The notes: a model not told the origin generated them from the letters alone. Shown: positions 1 to 12,765, counted from the first letter of the stretch. The stretch: 39,286 nt of DNA from Cercozoa sp. M6MM (GCA_040357565.1 JBDODJ010000105.1), one strand, 5' to 3'. Translations and numbers: made by a program.

Positions 1-1194
1 AAACAGGCGGGTAAACAGGCGGTAAATGGGGGGCAGGGTGGTAAATCGAATAGTGAAAGCACATGGACACGGCAGGACTGGTCGGGAACATGCGACACAC
101 CTATAGTGGTCCAAGTACACACTACCATAGTACAACAGTACAGTACAACAGTACGGTACAGTAGTACGGTACAGCAGTACAGTACAAATGTACCTGATTC
201 TGCCATTCGAGTTGCTGCATCTCATTTTGTTTCGTAGTGTGCACAGCATCCAACTCGCACCTGCAGGGGGGGGGGGGTTAAAGGGGTAAAGGGAAGGGAG
301 TTAAAGGGATAAATTGGGGTGAAGGGGTAAAAAGGGAGGGAGTGAAGGGGTAAAGAGGGGGGTAAAAGGGCAAAGTGCGTACAGTGGCAGCATGCGTTGC
401 GCGCCGAGTCCGTGCAGTCGCGCATCGCACAGTCTGCCGAACGCACCTACAGAACGGACCCTTAAACATGTCGATACAAACAGGACCAGTCGGGACAGGT
501 GACAGTACAGAAGGACGGCCACATAGAGTGACCCAGCGTCATGACGGCGAACCTCCGTTCGTTCAGCAGTGCGGACACCTGTATTTGAGCACCCAGTCAA
601 AGCGACACGGTTAAGGAAGCGGGCACGCACCTCATTCCAAGCCAGAGGAACGTCGTCATTGTTCTCGCTGTTGGCGGCACTGCTATAGGCCTGTGTCACA
701 CCATATCTGTACATCTATCTATTTATACACCTATACATATATATATATATATATACATATCGCACGTAAAACAGAGGTACACTGCTTTCTGGCGTTTCCG
801 CGTCGCCTTGCAGTGCTGACCACACCAGAAAGTCCTCAAGTCGCCTGCTCATATCCCAATATATGCTAGTCGGCCCCCCCCCCCCCCCCCCAGAACAAGC
901 AGCATACGTGGCATTGTCGGGAGCATGACCATGCCCGAATGTCGACGTCACCACGATTACCGGACAGCGCGGTTCCTGCCTCAGAACCTCCAAGGAATTG
1001 TCGCTGTCGAACCGATTGCCGCACACCAACTAAGCAAACAAGATGCAGAGGTACAGAAGGCACATCCTGGGGGAGGGGGCTACCTTTGCCTGTACGCCTT
1101 GCTGCATCAAAGCACGGTGCAGTGAGCGCGCCACACGCAGCGCACGTCCAGTCTGCGAGCCGAACCAGATCAACGCATCGCTCGTCTTGTTCAT
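1..1194 (-). CDS. Flavodoxin-like (FMN-binding) domain protein, diflavin reductase type (NDOR1/MTRR/CPR-like); 5' part, runs off window start
   Basis: Spliced translation MNKTSDALIWFGSQTGRALRVARSL...VIVVTSTFGHGHAPDNA...RFAVMTLGHSMWPSF|CAFGRLCDARLHGLGAQRMLPL|CELDAV. This contains the flavodoxin_1 motifs (GSQTG P-loop, STFG.G..P.NA, F..C..G..L..LGA). Introns are GT-AG. Confidence 0.85.
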
Positions 1195-1737
1195 TGACGC
1201 GTTGCACACGAGTTTTTGCCGCGCTACGAGCTTCCACTCGGCGCACCTCCTCGCGCAACAACAACACAAATTGAAGCGCACACCAGTCTGCACACGGCAC
1301 ACCAACGCTTAGTGCCACCTAAATTCTGTCCAATAAAGCGCCTGGCTAAGGATTTAGGTTGTGTCCATTGAGGACTTTTTCAGACTCGTTTCTAGTTTGT
1401 TTTCGCAGTTTAAGCCAGACACAAAGTATTTCTAGTCAGAGTAGTCAATGCTATCCGGCTGTCTAGTTCTTCAGGGTGAATTGGCTGTTGCAGCGCCGGT
1501 CGAGCTAATAGCGCAGGCTGGAAGGCGACTCGAAGTGCCGTAAACGTGGGTCGGCTCGACTTTACTGCGCCAGCCAAAGCGTGTACGTCGTAATTTATAA
1601 ATTAGGGGTAACAATGTTCTAGGTGGAGGACAAAGAAAGGGAAAACAGTAAAGTACGAGCTGAGTTCATTTTCTCGCTGGTCTGCGCGTTCGATTCGCTA
1701 CCAGTCAACAATATACCGGAGCTGTTACGTAGTCCGA

Positions 1738-3577
1738 TTAAACCCCACAATATAGTACCAGCTCAAGGGACGGATCTGAACCAGTTTCTATTGACATCAC
1801 CTCTGCCTTCGCCAGAATATCGTCGTGTACTGTGCGAGAAGGGCTGCTTTGAGGCCGCAACTGACTCGGGGTATACGTAGCCCTTGCGTGGCTATGTTGA
1901 TGACTCTTCCGACGACTGCTGTGTTTCGAGTGTCGCTTTGAAGATCTAGAAGAACGTTTTTGGCGATGCGACTGTGATTCCAACATGCCAACTGGAGAGC
2001 GCAAAATTTCTCCAAGCGTCGCATCGTGCTTCGGTTTTCCAAACAAACGGATTGCTTCAATTGACAATGAAGTCATTCCTTTGGTGAGCGCAATCTGAGT
2101 CTGCTTTTCGAGTTCCTTAAATCGGCGTTTGTGCTTTTCAAGCTTCTCTTCGTAGAGCTCTTGAATTTTGGCGAGTTCTTCATCTTTGTGGGCCCGGAGT
2201 TCTTCAAACCGTTGGCACTGCAGCGACTTGTTCTTGCGTTCCTCTTTTAGTCTTTAACAAAAGATAACATGACACCCAACTTAATTAAACTCAGGCATGG
2301 CACAGAGGAGTGTACCGCAGCTTTTCTTGAAAGTCAAGTTTTCCTTGCGATTTTTTAAGAGCTAATTCATGGTCTTGCACGTGTCGTCGCAATACCCTGA
2401 CTTGCGTTTCCTTACGCCACAGACGTAGGACATCGTATACACTCCGATATTTCGCGTTTTTCACAGCTTGTGTGAGCTTTTGTTGAACGAAATGGTTTCT
2501 TTCAGCTTGGCTCCGCAGCCCGTCGACTAGCTTTTCTCGAACCGCCAACTGCTCTTGAAGTTCGCGTATGGTTCCCTGCGATGCAGCCCTGGCTGCTTCG
2601 AAGTCACGTGCGGCCAGGCGGTGTAGTTCTCCGTGAAACTTATTGAGAGCTTGCTCCACATCAACCTGTTCAACGCAAAACAAGAACTCACAGGATCATT
2701 TAATTTTGCCAATACTTCAATTGAATTCTACCTTGAACTGCTCGAGAGCTTGTGGTGGCACAGTCTGGCTCAGAAACGATTTAGGAGGCATCTGTTTGGT
2801 CTGAAAGAAGGTCCGATACCCGCCGCGAACCTCGAACTTGGGTTCAGTTCCAGTAGTATTTGTCGTTCGAACAGCGACTATGGGGAGAAACGACTAAAAT
2901 ACCGACCGCTAGAGTGGTGAGCTAGAACAGCCTTGAGATTAAAAACTCGAGTCTCGCGCCCTCGGTTTGCCCGATGTCTAGTGATAACAGACTTGATCCT
3001 TACATGATCTCTCTCAATCGTTTCCTCTTTGCCTGTTTGCAAGTCACGTCGTTTGAGTTTCAATCATGGTGGTGTCAAACGAAATACTGTTCGTTCCTTT
3101 CGTTTCGTTTCAACCTGCGATTTTATGGCTTCCGAGAATACAAAGCACCCGTGTAGGTTCTTGGTGACGTCCTCCATGAGCGGGATTGCTCTGGGACTGA
3201 TCATCATCAAGGGTCTTCTTAGCGTAAGGTTGCGAGTGGCGCGTATGCGAGCCAATGCAGAATTGCGGAAGATCATGCAAGTCGGTTGATATTCCCAACC
3301 AGTTCTTTGACATGCCTCAAACTGTCTTTTTTGTGCAGGAAAACCCGAACGCTTTCCAATCCGTGGACGAGTTGAACGTCGTGGCAGAAACTGCGCGGCA
3401 AAAGGATGGCGCTAAACTCGATATGCTCGTAACTTGAGGCATCTGAACCCTGGGGGAGGGGGTAGAGGGGGATAAAGGAGCAACCGAAGGAAATGCAAAC
3501 ACTTGTGAAACTATAACACAGGGGCGGAGACGCTCAGAGTTCGTGTCGGGGCCGTTTGATCCGCTTCACTCAGCCAT
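1738..3577 (-). CDS. Coiled-coil protein, POC5-like (centrin-binding centriolar protein); multi-exon, ends approximate
   Basis: Long coiled-coil exons (VDVEQALNKFHGELHRL..., YDVLRLWRKETQVR). KRRFKELEKQTQIALTKGMTSLSIEAIRLF resembles, from memory, the conserved POC5 motif KAFMRGVCALNLEAM. 5' exons are tentative. Confidence 0.5.
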
Positions 3578-3656
3578 GGCGAGAGCTCGAATTAGGTCAG
3601 TCAAGACCAGTCAGTGATAGACCATTAGCCGTTAATCTGAATCTTTGAACAGACGA

Positions 3657-5598
3657 ATGGAAACCGAGAGGATTCGCGCGCGACTGATAGCCATGCGCAA
3701 GGACAGCGTCATGACCAGTGACACGTCGGAGTCATCACTGCTGACACAGAAACCGGTGAAAGTTCCAACAGTGTCGGAGAGTGCGAGGTTCTGGGTGAAG
3801 GGCGTAGGAGGAAAAGTGCTGAACGGGCTCGTTCTGCTGTGCGCACTCACGGTGTGCGTGTGCGGACACACGCTGCGTGTACAGACCGGTGCCACTGCCA
3901 CCGTCGTACACCACATTGGTCTCCCGACGAAGGCAGGCGAGAGCGCAGCCGTAGCTGCTGCGCCTCAGTTTTCGTGGCAAGATTTCTTTGGTATAAAACT
4001 CCCTACTCAAGTCCTCTGTCCACCTCCTGCGTATCGACTACTCGTCTGTTTGGGTGTAGCATACGAAGCTGCCTGGATTTCGACTGCAGTTCTCGTCTTC
4101 ATTGCTGTCCTGAGCATCTGGAAGTACATGTTCCGGGTACTGGATATCAAGTAAACACAACCAATTCGCTACCGTTCTTCATTCGAGATTGTTTGGCAGA
4201 GAGCTGCAGGAAAGTTCGGTCTCGTTGAAGGAGAAATCTTGTTTGATGCACCCACAATGGGTCATGACGTGACAAGGTAAGTTACCACTCTACACGGACC
4301 TGCAGTTGTCGGTCGTGCCATGTACAAGCTCGTTTGAAATTTATTCGTCTCAGGCTGCGTCTCGTGGATTTGTGGATGCGCATTTTAATGTGGATCTTAT
4401 TCGTAACAGCCCTGCTGATGCTCGCCGGGGTATCTCTGGCTATCATGTTCACGTCGGCATCGGTAGGCCACTGCGCGACTGTTTCGCTCCGCGAATTCCC
4501 GAAAATAGAATACATGCTTTGTGCAGTTCCTGGCGACTGTCCTGGTGTTCTCGTTCAAAGAGCCGTTCCTCGACATGTTCGTCGGCCTAAGTCTGCAGCT
4601 GCAACCACATGGTTTTGTGAGCACCGGCGATTGGATCACAGTGCTGCCAGTGAACGTGTCTGGAGTCATCGAACGCTTCGACTTGACGACAACGGCGATT
4701 CGGTGCTTTGACGGCCGGCTGGTAACCATTTGCAACCGGCACCTGCGCGCAGGCACTTTGACCAACCACAGTTCGAGCGACTTTTCTCACGTAAAATAAC
4801 GCCAAACCTACTTTGAAGCAAATGCTTAACCCTGAATGAGCTAAATTAATGTATGTTCTTTCCGACTTTGTGAAGGTTGAGTTCAAGTTCGGGATGCCTT
4901 CGATGCCCACCGAGATGGTGCACGACTTTATGAGCAAAGTGACGTCCTCGTTGATGGGTACACATCTACTTTTTAATACCTGTAAGAAAGAGGGTGAACT
5001 GTCTCCATTGTGGTCTAGAGATCAACGAAGTTATTCCGACTCCGTCGCCATTGATCTCGCCTTGCGAATTCGAGCAGAGTCTGCTCGCAAAGGAACCCGA
5101 AGCCACCTCGCCCAACGTACAGCACCTGGTCTTCAAGGTGACTTTCTTCGTACCCTTCGGGGCATTGCGTGTCAAACGACTGCGAGGCGGCGCAACTGTC
5201 GTGTTCGGTAAGACGCTCCAGTTCCGCCAGGAAGCTGGTCGTGTCCGCAAGCGCACGATGCTCATCGTGCGAGATATTGCCATGGTGCCCTCCGCTCTCC
5301 CACTTACTTTGGTAGACTCAATACGATGCTGCAGGAGTACATCAGTCGACTTGAAGAAAGCAAACGAAGTGCACTGAAACCTAAGCACGAGAAGCCCCAA
5401 GCCAGCAGACAAGCTGCCAAAGAACCTACTCCAAGTCAATCCACGCACAGCGCAAGCGGTGTCAGCGAGACGCAACAAGAGATTGACAAAGCACGCGACA
5501 TCTTCCAGCACCTGCTGAATGCAGGCACTAGCAGCGACACCCCCGACGCGAACGCCAGCCGTGCCGAAGCTTCTGACCCAGTCGATGCTGTTAGTTAG
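3657..5598 (+). CDS. MscS-family (small-conductance mechanosensitive) ion channel
   Basis: Several hydrophobic TM segments followed by FLATVLVFSFKEPFLDMFVGLSLQLQPHGFVSTGDWITVLPVNVSGVIERFDLTTTAIRCFDGRLVTICNRHLRAGTLTNHS, which is the MscS TM3 plus beta-domain signature. ATG at 3657, TAG at 5596-5598. Confidence 0.82.
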
Positions 5599-5864
5599 AC
5601 GAGATAATCTAAGTAGTTCCCCTGCGCCAAACTGGGTGGGTCGCAAGAGCCTAGACTGAGGTAGTATAGTGTCAAAGCAGACCAAAGGTCGAAGGATACC
5701 CTAATATTTAAATCGAACAACAAAGAGCTGTGGCAAGCTGGACGCCGGCACGCATACTGTAATTTCCCCGTGCACTCGACTGCCTCGCCTCACGTCCGGT
5801 AACTACTGTAAATGGTCAAATGATCGCTACCGTCTACTAGTGGGTACTGGCCGCCCATGATCGA

Positions 5865-7493
5865 TCACTGGAAGAAGAGAGAAACGGCGAGTTCGACATT
5901 GCCGTTAGCAGCTTGCAAAAGAGCTCTGCACGATACACAGCCGTCCATTGAAGAGAAAGGCACAACTTGAGGACAGAAGAGAGCAAGAGCTATACGGAGC
6001 TTGTTCGCGAGGCACACCGAGTGCAATCAGACGTTGCACATTCGGATCTTGCGCATTCGGATTGCTACTCGGATTGCTCATGCTGGCACTGGTGTGACTG
6101 GCACCATCTGCGGTGTTCTGCTGCTGCTGCTGTTCTTGTTCTCTTTGTTGCTGCTGCTCTTGTTCCAGACGACGTCGCTCGCGTTCGCGTGGAACTTGTG
6201 CCTCGGACAGGAATGGGACCTAACCACACAGTGCAGGTTTTAGTACGAAGGAAGGAAGGTAGATTGGCGCACCTGCACATCGTTGACAACGAGACAGTTG
6301 TGCTTGAGATCAATAATGATCTGGTGTCTTCGCAGGAGGTCAAGACCCAACAACATGTCGACGTTCATGCCGTCAGTACTAAAACCGGGGAGGGGGGGGG
6401 GGGGGGGAAAAAATCAACTGCTAGGAAGCACAACATACATGGTGAAACTCGACATGAGGTGCTGACCGCCGATGACAACGTCGGCCGCGTGCACTCGGCC
6501 GAGTGTTTCGCTCGTACCAACACCTTGCAGACGGGTGCGATACCTACATATCACACATGCACAGTCAGCTTTTCCCGGGATTTGGGGAGAAACAAGCCAA
6601 ACCGAGAGTCCACAAGTCGCATCAGATTGGTCTTCTCGGCCATTTCTTTCGACAGCGTCGTAATCTGCGCACTGCATTGAAACAACATACACTAATGAAT
6701 GGGAGGGGGAGGGGAGGGGGATAAAAATATACCCACTGTCGACAAAAGCGACCAAATTGACGCCGTTCACTTTGACGGGAACGTAAAGCATCACCACTTG
6801 GGCGAATGTCTCCTACACACCGATACAAAAGCATACTCCCCCCCCCTGTCACAATATATTTGAGAGAGAGTGTACAGGCAAGTGATGCAGCGCCTGCTCT
6901 AAGTTGCTCTGAATGTTGGCATGTCGCAGATACTCCATGTACAGACGCTGCGTCTCCGGGTCGTTCGGTGTCGTGCGCATACTGCATTGGCCCCTTGATA
7001 CCTCGATATCCTATTCCTCAAATAGCAAGGTACCGATGTGCAAGAGCAGGCGGCAGGTCGGCGTTGGCTTGCTGCATGCGCACATCGGCCTATCGCATTT
7101 GCACATGACTGTTGCACTAAGTACCAGTTGTTTTCAGCAAAAGACACTACCTGTCGTGCTGCAAGGTAGGCCTCGACAGCAACCTGGCCGGATGACACGG
7201 CCATACCCCTGCACGCGTCTTAATTAGGCACCACCTAGGACACGTTCGCTTGGGATGGTACAATTGAGGGTCGGCAGCGGCGATCTGTGCCAACAGTTGC
7301 GGGTCCGAGCGGCACTCTTGTACCTGTTTTATCCAATCTGGTTCCCCAAGAAAATACCAGAAAGTATCACACAATCAAAACACACCAATGCGGCAGGTCC
7401 ACGAGCCAGGAGACCTCGCAGGCGATCCTGGAGCGAGGCAACATTCGGGAGACCACGCATCTCGAATTGACTGCCTTCAGTCACTCCAATTGA

Positions 7494-7576
<83 letters not shown>

Positions 7577-7947
7577 CATATATATACACTCACATACACA
7601 CACACACGCGCGCGCGCACACGTGTTTCTTTCCAGAGGCACAATAGCTATTAAAAGAAACTAGGTACCTGCATTGTGTCAGAGTCGTTGAGTGCTCTTCC
7701 GTTGAGGAATAACTGCTGCTGCGTACTGGCTCCAGCCATCATGGCCAGCAGCACCTGAGGAAAACAGCTGGGCTCTTCCTTCCGCCTGGAGGGTACCGTC
7801 AAGTACCTTGAGTGAAGAAACTGTCGTATCCGGGTTAACCGACAGCGGAACTCTGTGTTGAAGCAAGTGGTAGCAACACGAAGAGCTAAAGTGAAAGCAG
7901 AAAAGCTACCGCTGCGACCCAGTGTTCACCACGATATTGATCGGCAT
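5865..7947 (-). CDS. DDI1: DNA damage-inducible protein 1 (UBL - RVP aspartic protease - UBA)
   Basis: N-terminal UBL MPINIVVNTGSQR|VPLSVNPDTTVSSLK; RVP core VMLYVPVKVNGVNLVAFVDSG|AQ...LQGVGTSETLGRVH...DMLLGLDLLRRHQIIIDL; C-terminal UBA-like ALLQAANGNVELAVSLFFQ*. Confidence 0.95.
7496..7620 (+). repeat. (CA)n/(TA)n microsatellite in DDI1 intron
   Basis: Directly visible dinucleotide run. Confidence 0.95.
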
Positions 7948-8287
7948 TTTTGGTTCCACGAAATGGAAGCGCTTTTCTACTTTGCGTCGTCGTCTGTTCA
8001 CGATATTCGATCGGTACTTCTTTTTCAATGAGTTCCACGGCAATGACGCAACACTAATCGTATTACTACTTTATTTTCACACGCTAGAGCTTAAGCAGAT
8101 CAATTATGGCGAGAATCTGTGCTCTCCCTTAACAGAACCTATACAGTTTGGCCCAGTTCAAATATCGCTTGTTCCATGTGCGCAGGCGTGTAATAATACC
8201 GATTTATATCATAAAGTGTGCTCTACAGGTAGCTGGAAGCTATCGTGTATTTCGTGAGGTGGGCACTCGAGTGCCGAGTAGCCAAGC

Positions 8288-11200
8288 ATGCTGCCTCTGC
8301 GAAGGCCAAACTACAGTCCCAACCTCCGCTCGGTCGATCGGAGGGTAAGCTCTGCATCCAGTGCAGCTTGTGTCTCTTTGAGTGTCTGTGCTTAGCGCAA
8401 GGCGTCGCAGCACGGCAGCTACCGGTCGCCCCTGCGACGCCAGTTGCACCAGCCGCAGCCGCCGACTCAGCAGCGACACACACTGCAGGACTGTTTCCAC
8501 CTGAGCCAGCAGCAACAGCAGCAGCAGCGGCAGCATGCGAGTGGCCACACTGTCGCGCACTCTGACGGTCACGCACGTGGCCACCGCTGTCTGCGCCGAC
8601 GACTGCAGCACCTGCGCTCTCTGTTGCACCGGTGCCTTTCTCTCTCTTTTTCTGGAGTCCGCGCGGAGGCCCGAGTTGTTATCAAACTCGTGTTTACAGT
8701 CATCCTAAGCGCGAACGGAATATCCAACTGTCACTCGATTTGGCGAACTGTGAGTTTTATTTTTTATTTTTATTTTTGGTTGTCGATGATCGATCACCGA
8801 TCGGTGGTCACTTAAACCGTAAAAATGCAGGTCACACGGTGGTACGCGTGCGCAGCTACATTTTCGTGTTCGCGCGCGACACGGTGGCGGCGCTGCGCGT
8901 CTCGGCGGCGGACGGCGTCCGCGTGTGCGGCACCTACACTTCGACGTCCGCGCTGACGTGCGGCTGCGTGCACTACGTCGGCGGCACTGACGGTGATCGC
9001 ACCGTCGATCGCACCGTCGATCACAACGATAAGACCGTCGGTCAGTCAAGTGATCACTCCGATCAGTCAGGCGATAACTCCGATCAGTCGAGCGATCACT
9101 TCTGCGTGCTGGCAGGCACGTCGGCCGGCGAGGTGCTCTGCTGGCGTCTGCGACGACCCGGTACACCGTGCTGTCCATCTGGACCAGTCATGTCCGTTTG
9201 TAGCCATCGTCATGTCTTTTTGTACGCATGGTCATGTCCACACGGACCGGATGGACTGTGTGTGTTGCAGGGGACGAGGCGCAGTGCCGACGCTTCTTGG
9301 TGCACAAGCGCAGCAAGGCCGTCACGTGCGTCAAAGTGCTGCACCGCGCCGTGCTCACTGCCTCGGCCGACCACACGCTCAAGGTTTACCCTCCTTACCC
9401 CTTCCTTTACCCCTTTACCTCTTTTACCCCCTTCTTTTATCCCCCAGGTATGGCGTTTCCCCAGTGTTGAAACGGTCGAGTTGAAGCTGCTGGTGCGCGC
9501 CAACGCCAAGTCGACCGTCCGCGCGGCTGACTTTCTGGGCGCGCGATCGCCGGTGTCACCGTCGCAGTGTGTCAGTGGTAGCACTGACCACGTGCACGTG
9601 TGACTGGGACTGTGAGTGTGTGTGTGTGACTGACCTGTGACTGTGACTGACTGGGGTCGAAAGAGGAGGACGGTGTGTGGTCGGAGTGGCTACGACACGG
9701 CACGGCAGAGTCGCGACGACGAGATCTGTACCGTCCATTTGTACTGTGCCGATTTCATGTCCCGTCAATTTGTACGGTACCACTGTACACGCACAAGTGC
9801 AGTACGCCCACCTCGGTGTGTCGACTGCTGTGTTTTTGCGAGGACGGTTTCGCACGTCTCTTTGCGGTACCGATCACAGATTTATCAGTGTGTGGTCACT
9901 GATCGATCACTATGTGGTCACCACGTGGTCACTGGGTCAGTCGGACACACGTGCGCAGATCAAGGGCGACGTGCTGTGGCGCACGTGTTCCGTCGAATCG
10001 CCGCAGCGGCCGCTGCTGGTGTCGCGGTGAGTTATACCCCCCCCCCCCCATTCCTACCCCTTTACCCCTCTTTGCTTCAGACTGCTCACACGTGTGTGCA
10101 CGCACCTGCACGTGTCACCGGTGGTGCAAGACGTCAGTTGGTGCACTCTTACCTCCTCTTACCCCCTCTTACCTCCTCTTACCCCTCTTACCATGACAGT
10201 GAGTTGCGGCAGCGCATCGCACTGTGTTCGTCGGACGGCGAGTTGCGCGTGCTGCAGTGGCGCTGCAAGAGCGACGGCAGCGGCGAGGACTTTGTATCCC
10301 TCTCTACTCATACCCTACCCTACCCTACCCACCCTACCCTACCCACCCTACCCTGCCCTACCCTAACCTACCCTACCCTAACCTACCCTACCCTACCCTA
10401 CCCCACCCTACCCTACTCCACCCTCCCCTACTCCACCCTACCCTACCCTATCCTGTCCCACGTTACCCCTACCTATCTAACTACCCTCCCCCCCATAGGT
10501 ACCGCTGCTGCAGCTACGTCGCGACGCCGTTGCCGCCGTGGCGCTGCTGCACACGCGTGGTACCTTTGGCACGTATCGCACTGGTGGGGGCAGACACATA
10601 GACACGTATGCGAGTGTGTGCATGTGGTACCATGTGCATGTGGTACCACGCGCAGACGATGACATTGGCCTGGCCGTGGCGAGCGACGACGGCGCCATGC
10701 AGCTGTGGGACACGGTATCGGACAGTGCCGCCGACGGTGCCGCCGACGGTGCCGCCGCCGAGTGTCACGTGCCACTGTACACGTGGGCGAAACCGTCGCC
10801 GAAACCGTCGCAGAAACCGTCACCGACTCAAACTCAGGAACCGTCACTGACTCGGAAACCGTCGCCACTGGAGCAGCGACGTCGCGTGCCGCCGGTGGTG
10901 TCGCTGGCACCGTCGTCGGACGCGCTGATCGGCGTGACACGTGGCGGCACCGTCACACTGCACTGGCACGCCTGCGCACGTGCGTCGCCACTGGCGCAGT
11001 CTCGGTACAGTAGTGACCGATCAATGTCGCCCCTCTCCAACTGACGGTTTCTGGTACCGCTGACGGTTCTGTAGGGCAGTGGTGCCACCGTCACTCCGAC
11101 TGCAGCGACGGTTCGCGCGGAACCGTCGCGGACAGCGATCGATGTCGACAGCGACGGCGCAGTCGCAGGTGATACCGACGGTGCTCAAGTCACTCACCTG

Positions 11201-12332
11201 GTCATTCAGTGATCATATCGATCAAACCGTCGATCAGTGTGACGATCAAACCGATCAAACCGTCGATCGGAGTGAGTGTCTGCGCGAGTTGGCACGTGCG
11301 CTCACTCACAACGCTGCCGTGATCGCCCCGGTAAGCGACAGTGTGGCACGTGTGATCGCTCAGTTGGAACGTGCACTGTCGCTCCGTACCGACTGCAGCG
11401 TCGGCGGTGTCACCGTGCCGACCGAGTCGCCCGATAATCGCACGTGCCACACCGTCGCTTCCTCGCTCGATCTCGTGCACGACGACACGGTAACGTTTTA
11501 CCCCCTTAACTTCCCTCTTTACCCCTCGTTCCGCAGGCGAGGCGGCAGTTGTGGCGCTCGCAGCGACAGGCGGCGACGGCGCTGCTGCAGTGCGTGCCAC
11601 GGCGCGTGCACACGCTGGCGACGTTTCGCCCGGCCTTCCGCGTGGATGTGTCGTGGAGCACGTGCGTGCAGCAAACGGTTCAACGCACCGATATGCTGCT
11701 ATCCATGGGCACACCGATCGCTCTCATAACCGCTGCTTCGTGTATGCACTTTTACCCCCTTTTTNNNNNNNNNNNNNNNNNNNNNNNNNNNNNNNNNNNN
11801 NNNNNNNNNNNNNNNNNNNNNNNNNNNNNNNNNNNNNNNNNNNNNNNNNNNNNNNNNNNNNNNNCCCCCCCCCCCCGTCTCCAAATATGCCTTTTGCAAC
11901 TGTTGGATTCCACAGCAAGCCTCGCAGGACTACGTGCTTGCCGCCATTGTTAGGTACATTTATCTGTTTCAATAGACTTGGATACATATTGTATATATAT
12001 ATATATATATATATATGTATTTATTTATGGCCACAGGAAGAAAGCCAGCAAGCACATGGAGTCGCACGGTTTGCACAAGGAGTTTCGCATGTGCAGAGTG
12101 TTGCTGGACCGTCGCGCCTCCTCCGACACTGTCGTGGGAACTGTCTCGGGCAGTGTATCGGGCGACACCGGCAGCACTGGCAGCACTGGCAGCACCGGCA
12201 ACGACGTTGCTCGCATCGTGTGCTCCATGTGTCGTCGCTGCGCCGCCGCAGGTGCCGTCTGGGCGTGTTTCCGCTGCCGCAGCGTGAACCACTTGGCCTG
12301 CGCCTGCCGTTGTCGATCCCGCGTGCAATTAT
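8288..12332 (+). CDS. Large WD40-repeat protein with C-terminal Cys/His-rich (RING/PHD-like) segment; spans assembly gap
   Basis: Phase-consistent 5' exons MLPLRRPNYSPNLRSVDRR|RKASQHG...LLHR|HPKRERNIQLSLDLAN|CHTVVRVRSYIF. WD40-like strands VLAGTSAGEVLCW, VLTASADHTLKVW, IALCSSDGELRVLQW, LAVASDDGAMQLWD. C-terminus CSMCRRC...CFRCRSVNHLACACRC. Confidence 0.7.
10310..10452 (+). repeat. Degenerate (TACCC)n pentamer tandem repeat in WD40 gene intron
   Basis: taccctaccc taccctaccc accctaccct... roughly 28 units with variants. Confidence 0.92.
11765..11864. other. Assembly gap (100 N)
   Basis: Run of n flanked by poly-T/poly-C. Confidence 0.99.
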
Positions 12333-12416
12333 AGTTTTCGAGTTCAAGGTATTCATCTACTGTACCACAGTTACCGTAACTAATAAAGGGAAACTGAAGG
12401 AAGCCAGATAGCCAAC

Positions 12417-12765
12417 TTAAAAAGAAGCTGGGCTCGAGTGGAGCTGCCGTATGTGCGAATGGAAGGCTGCGCGTGCTTGTACTGCCAGTGAATACGTGAG
12501 AGTACTAACAAGAGGCAGACAAACAGACAGAAAAATGCGACGTGTACCGTCGTCGGCAGAAAGCACGCGCGGTGCTCGCTTCCACGTGGTCTCCAGCGAG
12601 TCCAGCAGCGGCTGACCACACACACACATTACATATATGTATACATGACATACATATTATATATATATATTATACATATAGTTTGTTATTGCGGTCGTGA
12701 GCACACATGCACTCATATGTATATATATGTGTGTGTGTGTATAGTAGTGAACACATGAACACATA

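Noticed and set aside
2878-3450. Stop-codon reassignment suggested by in-frame stops between adjacent ORFs
   Set aside because: Stops fall inside short GT-AG introns; TAA, TAG and TGA all terminate well-supported genes (RPL13, USP, Hikeshi).
7963-8260. Possible extra small + strand gene or upstream exons between DDI1 and the WD40 gene
   Set aside because: Splice-like sites exist, but I could not build a convincing phase-consistent ORF; it may be spliced 5' UTR.
8245-8565. Ala/Pro-rich 106-aa ORF as an independent gene
   Set aside because: A different frame from ATG 8288 splices consistently into the WD40 gene and explains the same sequence.
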